From positions 247,182 through 311,181 of the forward strand of contig CAZNUP010000002.1 in NCBI GenBank assembly GCA_964576435.1: DNA of 64,000 nt, read 5' to 3'. Made by a program: the position numbers and the translations under genes. The stretch's first letter is position 1; each line of letters starts with the position of its first letter. Below, in pieces: positions 57,241 through 64,000 of the stretch. Origin of the DNA: an uncultured Gammaproteobacteria bacterium (GTDB lineage: Bacteria; Patescibacteriota; Microgenomatia; JAMCZE01). Under the pieces are notes generated by a model. The model searched no databases, had not been told where the DNA came from, and was given only the letters and a program-made list of their open reading frames with translations.

Positions 57241-59047
57241 CTTAAATCTAAATTTAATCAATCGACTAAAGCAATTTGAGTCCAAGTCGCTAGGGCTTAA
57301 AGGCAAGAACAGCCAAAAAGAGGCAACGAAGAAAGCCATGAGCTTTAATTTTGGTGAACAAGACCAAGTAGATCTTCTATCCTACTCGGGTCTGATGGAA
57401 GAAGCCTCGTATCTTCAAGTGGGTGACAAATTTGTACGCACATTATTTATTTCCGGCTACCCCTATGTTGCTTCCACTGGTTGGCTCAACATGCTCATCA
57501 ATTTTAATCACAACGTGGATATTTCATATCACATTGAACAAGTTGACCCTCAACTTGCCTTGCCAAAATTAAACAGAAAAATAACTGAGCTCGAGTCCAC
57601 AAAGAGATCAATGCTTAAGGACGGAAAAGTAATAGGCTCGGAGATTACAGATCCCTTAGACTCAGCTATTGAACTTAAAAACAAAATTCAACGCGGTCAA
57701 GAGAAGTTGTTTCAAGTCTCGATATATATAAACATTAGTGCTGATAATCTCAGTGATTTAAATAAACTCACCACAACTTTGGAAACAGTAATGTCGACTA
57801 GGTTGTTTTATATTAAAACTGCCCAATTCCAACAATTGGAAGGGCTGCAATCGACTCTTCCCAGAGGAGAGAACCTTCTTAATCAAAGACGAAATTTAGA
57901 CAGTTCCTCGGCCGCATTAACATTTCCTTTCGTGTCTTCTGAACTAGTTCAAGAGTCAGGTATCTTGTATGGGATAAACAAATCAAACAATTCGCTCGTT
58001 ATCATCGACAGATTCAGTTTAAACAATGCCAACAGTATAATTTTCGCTCAGTCTGGATCCGGAAAAAGCTACACAGCAAAGGTTGAAATACTCCGGCAAC
58101 TTATGCAGGGAACTAGAGTCATTGTGATTGATCCAGAGAGGGAATATCAACAGTTGGCTAAATCAGTCAACGGTAGTTACATCCAACTGTCTGCCAATTC
58201 AAAAGAAAAAATTAATCCCTTCGACTTTTCACTTACAAACTACCATCGGGAAAATATCCTGGCAGAAAATATCCAAAACCTAACTGAAATAATTTCTCTT
58301 ATGGTTGGTTCCCTTTCCGATGAAGAACGAGCAATAGTAGATAAAGCCTTAATTCAAACATACAAAAAGTTTGGTTTTTCAATCAACAGTAAAAGCACCG
58401 AGCTTAAAGGAAGAAAGTTCCCACTCCTCAAAGATTTCTATAAAGAATTGAAAAACCTACACCAAACTGATTTATGTAATCGGCTAGATAAATTCGTCAA
58501 CGGCTCCCTTGCGTCAGTATTCGATTCAGAAACAAATATTCAGCTTGATAACCGCTTAGTAGTTTTTGACATCAAGGACCTTGGAGAATCACTGAGACAA
58601 ATAATGATGCTTGTTGTAGCTAACTTTGTGAATTCCGAAGTTAAATCGAATCCACAAAAGAGAATTTTGGTGATTGATGAGGGTTGGCTACTTCTGCAAT
58701 ACGAGGAAAGTGCCAGATTCATTTCTGGACTAGTCAGGCGAGCCAGAAAATATTACTTGGGAGTAACAATCATCTCTCAGCAAGCTAATGACTTCTTAAA
58801 TCAAGAATATGGTCGCGCCATTGCTTCGCAAAGCTCACTTAGAATTTTAATGAAACAAGACACCACAACAATTCAAAAGGTAGCTCAAGAATTTCATCTG
58901 AGTGAATACGAACAACATTTTCTGTTAACTTGTGACCGAGGCGAAGCACTGATTATTGCTGACCAAAATCATGTTGCTCTCAAAGTTGTCGCCTCAGAAA
59001 AAGAGCACCCGCTTCTGACAACCGATCCTAAGGAGATATATCTCTAA
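57233..59047 (+). CDS. VirB4/TrbE-family T4SS ATPase (C-terminal ATPase part)
   Basis: Walker A AQSGSGKSYTAK; Walker B RILVIDEGWLLL; the track starts at 57134, but the ATG at 57233 (MPNLNL) right after the upstream stop is preferred. Confidence 0.75.
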   Translation: MPNLNLNLINRLKQFESKSLGLKGKNSQKEATKKAMSFNFGEQDQVDLLSYSGLMEEASYLQVGDKFVRTLFISGYPYVASTGWLNMLINFNHNVDISYHIEQVDPQLALPKLNRKITELESTKRSMLKDGKVIGSEITDPLDSAIELKNKIQRGQEKLFQVSIYINISADNLSDLNKLTTTLETVMSTRLFYIKTAQFQQLEGLQSTLPRGENLLNQRRNLDSSSAALTFPFVSSELVQESGILYGINKSNNSLVIIDRFSLNNANSIIFAQSGSGKSYTAKVEILRQLMQGTRVIVIDPEREYQQLAKSVNGSYIQLSANSKEKINPFDFSLTNYHRENILAENIQNLTEIISLMVGSLSDEERAIVDKALIQTYKKFGFSINSKSTELKGRKFPLLKDFYKELKNLHQTDLCNRLDKFVNGSLASVFDSETNIQLDNRLVVFDIKDLGESLRQIMMLVVANFVNSEVKSNPQKRILVIDEGWLLLQYEESARFISGLVRRARKYYLGVTIISQQANDFLNQEYGRAIASQSSLRILMKQDTTTIQKVAQEFHLSEYEQHFLLTCDRGEALIIADQNHVALKVVASEKEHPLLTTDPKEIYL

Positions 59048-59668
59048 ATGAGTCTCATAACTCCAAGTACAATTCTCACCGTCTGGTCATTTAGAAAAGA
59101 ATTAATCTACGTAGCCATAGCATTTCTAATTGTTCTCTCACTCCCAATTGTGGCCGTTATTATTCTCACAAATACCGGATTAAATATTGTCTCCGACAAA
59201 TTAGCCACTGTTAATGTCCAAACTCAGGCTATTCAAATTAGAAACCCAGCGGATGGAGAAATAATCAAAGAAATTCATGCCCAAATTGTCTGGCCAGTCA
59301 AAGGAGTGATTACCCTAAACTTTGGCGAACCTGATTTGCCGTTTCAACCCCTCCATACAGGAATTGATATTGCGAACCCTGAAGGGAAAATTGGTGATCC
59401 AATAACTCCTTTTATGAATGGAAAGGTCATCTACGCTGGGGAAACTGCTATTGGCTATGGCAAACACATCATTATTGATCACGGAGATAACATCAGCTCA
59501 GTTTATGGACACTTAGATAAGGTTAATGTGTTTACAAGTCAACAGGTAACCACCAATGATGTAATTGGTCTAGAAGGACAAACAGGTTGGGCTACAGGAC
59601 CACATTTACATTTTGAAATAAGAGTTTTTGGAATCCCGGTGAATCCGAGAACATTTTTATTTAATTAA
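59048..59668 (+). CDS. M23 family peptidoglycan endopeptidase (conjugation-associated cell-wall hydrolase)
   Basis: HTGIDIA...GYGKHIIIDHGDNISSVYGHL...GPHLHFE (the HxxxD and HxH zinc ligands of M23) plus an N-terminal TM anchor. Confidence 0.85.
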   Translation: MSLITPSTILTVWSFRKELIYVAIAFLIVLSLPIVAVIILTNTGLNIVSDKLATVNVQTQAIQIRNPADGEIIKEIHAQIVWPVKGVITLNFGEPDLPFQPLHTGIDIANPEGKIGDPITPFMNGKVIYAGETAIGYGKHIIIDHGDNISSVYGHLDKVNVFTSQQVTTNDVIGLEGQTGWATGPHLHFEIRVFGIPVNPRTFLFN

Positions 59669-59670
59669 TC

Positions 59671-60081
59671 TTGCAATTCCTATTAGGCTTTTCTACAATC
59701 TGTAGTATGGAAACTAAGCAACTGAGTGAACTTGAGCAGGAAGTGATGAACATCGTTTGGGAACTGAAAAACTGTTCGGTACGAGATGTGCTTGAAGAAT
59801 TAACTAAGTCTAAAAAACTAGCATATACCACCGTAGCAACCATCCTTCAGAGACTTAATGATAAAGGAGTCGTCGTTCGTAAAGGATCTGGGCAAACTTT
59901 TTCCTACTCTCCTAAAATTTCTAGAGAGGTTTACAGCAAAAATGTGGCGCAAACTTTTATCCAGAAGTTTTTCAGGTCCTTTGGTGACACAGCTGTAGCA
60001 TCATTCGCAGAAACCCTAGATAAACTCCCTACGGAGAAAAAGAAACATTTATTAAAATTATTATCTGATCATGGCAATTAA
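59671..60081 (+). CDS. BlaI/MecI/CopY family transcriptional repressor
   Basis: LSELEQEVMNIVWELKNCSVRDVLEEL...YTTVATILQRLNDKGVVVRK winged-helix signature; no C-terminal Cys cluster. Confidence 0.8.
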   Translation: MQFLLGFSTICSMETKQLSELEQEVMNIVWELKNCSVRDVLEELTKSKKLAYTTVATILQRLNDKGVVVRKGSGQTFSYSPKISREVYSKNVAQTFIQKFFRSFGDTAVASFAETLDKLPTEKKKHLLKLLSDHGN

Positions 60082-61021
60082 AAATTTACTTTTTCCTTTC
60101 AGTTTGATTGGTGCTTTCGGTTTGACTACGCTTTTAATTTTTCAGAAATTTCTCCAGCTTTCCATTGGACATACCGTCTATTATTGCCAAAATGTAATTA
60201 AATCCTTATCGCTTCAGTTTCCCCAACCTCTCGGTATTGTTCTTATTTCACTTCTTTTATTAACGATTGTTTTTCCATTACTTAAGTTTTTGTTTAATCT
60301 TCACAAACTTTCCCGACTTAAAAATAATCTAACTCCTAGCCTGGAAATGAGCAAAAAATTATTTCGCCTTGTGACAGCTCTAGATTTACAAGGAAAAGTA
60401 ATTCAGGTTAAAAGTAGAAAGTTGTTTGCCTATTGTGTGGGGATGAAAAGTCCAAAAATATATGTTTCGTCAGCGCTTATATCATCAGTAGACTCTAGGG
60501 AATTAGAAGCAATATTACTTCACGAGAAAAGTCATTTAGATAATCATGACCCATTTGTTTTAGTATTGATGTCCATTGTCCACTCTTTATTTCCCTATTT
60601 GCCAATACTCAGTGATTTTGTTCGAAACTTTCGTATCGAAAGAGAAATTCAGGCCGATCAAGCAGCCGTTTATCAGCAAGGTGAGATGAAACCACTTCTT
60701 TCAGCAATGAGGAAACTTCTTTTAATTGAAGACTCTGACAGGTTTGCATTTTCCTTAGGAATGGGAGAGCTGGACACTCTTGAAGTTCGAATTAATATGC
60801 TACTTAACAAAAAATTGATCCACAAGAAGTTCCATGCTCTGAATATTATTGCAACTACTGTAACGATTCTGGTTGTTGGGTTTATGGCAATTGCTCCTGT
60901 TCATGCAATAGAAAATCATGAGAACGGAAAAGATGTTATGACAGTCTGGTGTGACGGAAATCAAACCATTAATTCAAGTCAGCCATCAGAAAATTCCTCC
61001 CATCCATATAGCACTAAATAA
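60071..61021 (+). CDS. M56 (BlaR1-like) membrane metalloprotease/signal transducer without a penicillin-binding sensor domain
   Basis: HEKSHLDNHD (HExxH) in a polytopic membrane protein; overlaps the BlaI-family gene by 11 nt. Confidence 0.75.
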   Translation: MAIKNLLFPFSLIGAFGLTTLLIFQKFLQLSIGHTVYYCQNVIKSLSLQFPQPLGIVLISLLLLTIVFPLLKFLFNLHKLSRLKNNLTPSLEMSKKLFRLVTALDLQGKVIQVKSRKLFAYCVGMKSPKIYVSSALISSVDSRELEAILLHEKSHLDNHDPFVLVLMSIVHSLFPYLPILSDFVRNFRIEREIQADQAAVYQQGEMKPLLSAMRKLLLIEDSDRFAFSLGMGELDTLEVRINMLLNKKLIHKKFHALNIIATTVTILVVGFMAIAPVHAIENHENGKDVMTVWCDGNQTINSSQPSENSSHPYSTK

Positions 61022-61072
61022 CTGTTAAATTCCTCTTGACAAGTTAGAACCTTACTACTACACTGCGTAGTA

Positions 61073-61804
61073 ATGAAGTTTGATAACCCTATTATTTCAA
61101 TCCTGGTGGCAGTAGTAATTTTTGTTCTTGGCGCCGGGATTGGTGGAATGTATACTAAGATTCAATACCTTGAAGGGAAGGGAGCAGCAGGATCCGCAGC
61201 CCTTGCTGTTGCCCCTTTGGGAGGTCAGCCTGCTCCAAATGCTGCTCCTCCCGCCCCAACAAAAGTTGATATCAAGGTGACAAGCGATGATCCATATTTG
61301 GGAAATGCCAATGCAAAACTAACTGTAGTTGAGTTTGGTGACTTTCAGTGTCCGTTCTGTGGAAAATTCCACTCTGAAGTTTTAACACAGCTTAAGAAGG
61401 ACTATATCGATACTGGCAAGGTTAAGTTCGTTTTTAAAAATCTTGCCTTTTTAGGTAAAGAGTCAACTGACACTGCAAATGCGGCAATGTGTGCTAAGGA
61501 ACAAAATAAATATTGGGAATACCACGACAAGATTTACACTAGCCAAAACGGGGAAAACCAAGGTACTTTTTCCATTCCTAATCTAAAGAAATTTGCGGTG
61601 GACCTTGGATTAGATCCAACCCAATTTGATAGTTGCTTAGATAGTCAAAAATATAATGCCCAAGTGACTGCTGATAATACTGAGGCCAATAAGAATGGTT
61701 TCACCAGCACTCCAAGCACTGCAGTAGGAGACACTCCGGTAATTGGTGCCCAACCTTACAATGCTTTTAAGACAATCATTGACCAAAAATTATCGGCGCT
61801 CTAG
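61073..61804 (+). CDS. DsbA-like thiol:disulfide oxidoreductase, membrane-anchored
   Basis: FGDFQCPFCGKFH thioredoxin-fold CxxC motif and an N-terminal TM helix. Confidence 0.75.
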   Translation: MKFDNPIISILVAVVIFVLGAGIGGMYTKIQYLEGKGAAGSAALAVAPLGGQPAPNAAPPAPTKVDIKVTSDDPYLGNANAKLTVVEFGDFQCPFCGKFHSEVLTQLKKDYIDTGKVKFVFKNLAFLGKESTDTANAAMCAKEQNKYWEYHDKIYTSQNGENQGTFSIPNLKKFAVDLGLDPTQFDSCLDSQKYNAQVTADNTEANKNGFTSTPSTAVGDTPVIGAQPYNAFKTIIDQKLSAL

Positions 61805-61814
61805 TCATTTTTCT

Positions 61815-62312
61815 ATGAAAAAGGTTTTAGTTCCAGCGCTGATAATTACGATCCTCTACTTCTTGGCAACGACATATTTTATGAATTCACGTCTAGCCCT
61901 CGACACATTAACTGGAAACTACCCAGTAAGTTATAAACTCGATCTCACACTGGCACTAATTCTAGGAATGTGGTCGGCCATGGGGGCATTTGGACTAATG
62001 ATCCTTTTAATAACAGCAGGACTTACAGGACTTAACCTATCAATACTGGGTCAACGTATTGGGGAACTTTCAAAAACAGGGAACATGCATTTTGTTGTGG
62101 GTGGCAGCTCTGTTCTTGGACTCGCAACTAGCGGTTGTGCTGCCTGTGGACTGCCGATTCTGGCATTATTTGGAATTTCGGGAAGCTTGTTATATTTACC
62201 CTTTCGAGGATTGGAACTGTCGTTCCTGTCGATCGTGTTACTTACTATTTCCCTAGTTGCTCTTGTTAAAACAAGGACAGCAACTGAGTGCAGAATTAAT
62301 TCAAATGTCTGA
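61815..62312 (+). CDS. small polytopic membrane protein with an intramembrane CAAC (CxxC) motif; candidate redox partner (VKOR/DsbB-like role) of the DsbA-like protein
   Basis: MKKVLVPALIITILYFLATT...LATSGCAACGLPILALFG; the track starts upstream at 61743 in the same frame, the ATG at 61815 is preferred. Confidence 0.4.
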   Translation: MKKVLVPALIITILYFLATTYFMNSRLALDTLTGNYPVSYKLDLTLALILGMWSAMGAFGLMILLITAGLTGLNLSILGQRIGELSKTGNMHFVVGGSSVLGLATSGCAACGLPILALFGISGSLLYLPFRGLELSFLSIVLLTISLVALVKTRTATECRINSNV

Positions 62313-62682
62313 CAAAACTAAAAATTTTCTTTTGTCTGGTCTATTAATCGGCGCAATTGTTTTAATAACATCCGTGTTTTTTAAAGTGATTGCTCCCTCC
62401 GGACAAGTCATGGCCAAAAGTAAAACGTTTAATCTTGTGCTTCAAAATGAACAATATATTCCCAACAAAATTCAAGTTAATTTAAATGATAATGTGACTC
62501 TTAAAATTGACAATAAAGATAATATTCTTCACGGGTTACACATTACCCAATTTAATATTTCAGAAGATATTCCCCCTCTTTCCCAAAAGACAGTTCAATT
62601 TGTTGCAACTACTAATGGGCCAATGACAGCGGGGTGCGCTAATGATCAACATAAAGAAAAGTTAGATATTGAAGTTATATGA
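62305..62682 (+). CDS. membrane-anchored cupredoxin-like protein
   Basis: HGLH...C...H spacing after an N-terminal TM anchor; the start ATG overlaps the upstream stop (ATGTCTGA). Confidence 0.4.
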   Translation: MSDKTKNFLLSGLLIGAIVLITSVFFKVIAPSGQVMAKSKTFNLVLQNEQYIPNKIQVNLNDNVTLKIDNKDNILHGLHITQFNISEDIPPLSQKTVQFVATTNGPMTAGCANDQHKEKLDIEVI

Positions 62683-63128
62683 CGTTAACAACGGAAACGA
62701 AAATAATCGGAGCACTAATTCTAATGACAGTCGTCATTGTTATTGGTGGAGTGTTTCTTTTTTCTAAACAAAGTAACAAAACCGTCCTAAAGGATCAGGT
62801 TGTGGCAGAGAACGGTCTACACTGGCATCCAAAATTAAGCATTTTTATAAAAGGAAAAAAACAGGAAATTCCTGATAATATCGGATTGGGTGCAGTTCAT
62901 GGAAAAATTCACACTCACACTGAAGACGCAAAAGATGGTGTGATTCACATGGAAATGTCTGGGCTAGTTCTAAAAGAAGATACCAAACTTGTAAAGTTTT
63001 TCCTAGCTTGGGGAAAGGATTTTAATTTTGGGGGCCAGCCTAAAATGACTGTTAATGGCAAAGAAAATATGGATCTTAATAAATACTTAATGAAAAATGG
63101 TGATAATATAGAAATTCGATATGAATAA
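62679..63128 (+). CDS. membrane-anchored His-rich putative metal-binding protein
   Basis: HWHP, HGKIHTHTED and VIHMEM motifs; 4-nt overlap with the upstream gene. Confidence 0.4.
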   Translation: MTLTTETKIIGALILMTVVIVIGGVFLFSKQSNKTVLKDQVVAENGLHWHPKLSIFIKGKKQEIPDNIGLGAVHGKIHTHTEDAKDGVIHMEMSGLVLKEDTKLVKFFLAWGKDFNFGGQPKMTVNGKENMDLNKYLMKNGDNIEIRYE

Positions 63129-64000
63129 TTGGAAAAGATTTTTAACTAGCAGAAATGTTATTTTAGCAGCCTTAGCAATTATTGGAGTCCTTCTGCTGTT
63201 TCAGTTTAAGACGCAACAAACAGGACTTACAAATTCCCCAGCGCAGCTTTCAACAACAGGTGAAAATCAGTCAGCCCTCGAAGCGATGGAGGCAATTCCA
63301 GAAAGCGGAGTCCCACAAGCAACCGAGAAACAAGGACTACAAGAACTGAAATTCAGTCTTGAAAACGGAGTCAAAGTTTTTAAACTTACTGCAGAGCCAA
63401 TTCGTTGGCCTATTCTTAAAGACACTACCGTCACTGCTTGGGCATATAACGGAATGGTCCCGGGGCCATTAATTCGGGTTAGTGATGGTGACAAAGTCAA
63501 GTTACTTGTAAAGAATAATCTTCCAGAAGCAACAACGATTCATTGGCATGGCATTCTTGTTCCAAACAACATGGATGGGATTCCAGACGAAACGCAAGAA
63601 CCTATTAAGCCAGGCGAAACGTTTACTTATGAATTTACTGCCAAACCGGCGGGGACATTCTGGTATCATTCCCACTTTAATAGCGATAAGCAAATCTCAG
63701 TTGGTCTCTCAGGAGCATTTATTATTGAGCCTCCTGGTGGTTTAGCATCAAAACCAGATATCGATAAAGTTCTAATGCTTAATGAATGGCGAGTGATTGG
63801 TGGCCAAACATATGCAGCGATGCCAGCAACGGGAATGGACGGAAACTTCTTTACAATCAATGGAAAAGCATTTCCGCAGACCGAAACAATAGAGGCAAAG
63901 GTGGGGCAAAAGGTGCGCCTTCGTTTTATTGGCAGTGGGCAAATGATTCATCCGATGCATCTACATGGGTTCCCATTTAAAGTTGTGGCAACTGATGGAA
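63121..64000 (+). CDS. multicopper oxidase (CueO/CopA-like), 3' end beyond the window
   Basis: Hand translation MNNWKRFLTSRN...TIHWHGILVPN...FWYHSHF...HPMHLHGFPF (type 2/3 copper His motifs); absent from the ORF track because no stop lies in the window. Confidence 0.8.
   Translation, partial: MNNWKRFLTSRNVILAALAIIGVLLLFQFKTQQTGLTNSPAQLSTTGENQSALEAMEAIPESGVPQATEKQGLQELKFSLENGVKVFKLTAEPIRWPILKDTTVTAWAYNGMVPGPLIRVSDGDKVKLLVKNNLPEATTIHWHGILVPNNMDGIPDETQEPIKPGETFTYEFTAKPAGTFWYHSHFNSDKQISVGLSGAFIIEPPGGLASKPDIDKVLMLNEWRVIGGQTYAAMPATGMDGNFFTINGKAFPQTETIEAKVGQKVRLRFIGSGQMIHPMHLHGFPFKVVATDG

Larger units (their letters stand above)
45870..64000. mobile_element. putative integrative conjugative element inserted at the 3' end of tRNA-Leu(TAG); the right boundary is not visible in the window
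   Basis: Serine recombinase abutting the tRNA, then coupling protein, Replic_Relax protein, DUF2958, VirB2/VirB6/VirB4/M23 set, and the BlaI/M56 plus DsbA/copper-oxidase cargo. Confidence 0.6.

Noticed and set aside
59671-60081. Calling the BlaI-family repressor CopY outright
   Set aside because: CopY proteins carry a C-terminal CxCx4CxC copper-binding tail, which is absent here (the protein ends ...LLKLLSDHGN); kept at family level.

Overview
Low-GC, gene-dense bacterial window with short overlapping genes, minimal-form aminoacyl-tRNA synthetases and no fatty-acid synthesis genes; this looks like a Patescibacteria/CPR genome (Saccharibacteria-like), but that is inference from gene content only. 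Three blocks stand out. (1) Positions 1-5.9 kb carry housekeeping genes: gyrA (partial), a membrane H+/Na+-pyrophosphatase, gyrB and a short delta-prime-like clamp-loader subunit. (2) Positions 5.9-17 kb hold a complete type IV pilus locus on the + strand: pilB, pilT, pilC, three tandem major-pilin paralogs, pilD, three minor pilins, a PilX-like protein, pilM, pilN and pilO. It is followed by core genes (a KH-domain protein, rpsP, rnc, a NusB with an ACP-like tail, rpmF, recG, a flavin monooxygenase fused to an SRPBCC domain, a GH26/GT2 glycan module, tyrS, lepB fused to an SdrD-B-like domain, PBP1A, pheST, rplT, rpmI, infC, thrS, a trigger factor without PPIase domain, and two tRNAs). (3) From tRNA-Leu(TAG) at 45.8 kb to the window end lies an apparent integrative conjugative element. 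It carries a large serine recombinase overlapping the tRNA 3' end, a VirD4-type coupling protein, a Replic_Relax-like putative relaxase and a DUF2958 protein. It also has a Gram-positive-type type IV secretion set (VirB2-like pilin, a VirB6-like protein with a fused pilin-like N-domain, a PrgI/VirB3-like protein, VirB4 in two overlapping ORFs, an M23 cell-wall hydrolase). An uncharacterised 823-aa protein in it has a zinc ribbon and a PD-(D/E)xK-like C-terminus. The cargo block comprises BlaI/CopY and M56/BlaR1-like regulators, a DsbA-like protein, a membrane CxxC protein, a cupredoxin-like protein, a His-rich protein and a multicopper oxidase. No CRISPR array was found. All calls rest on reading the translations and the sequence by eye; no database search was run.
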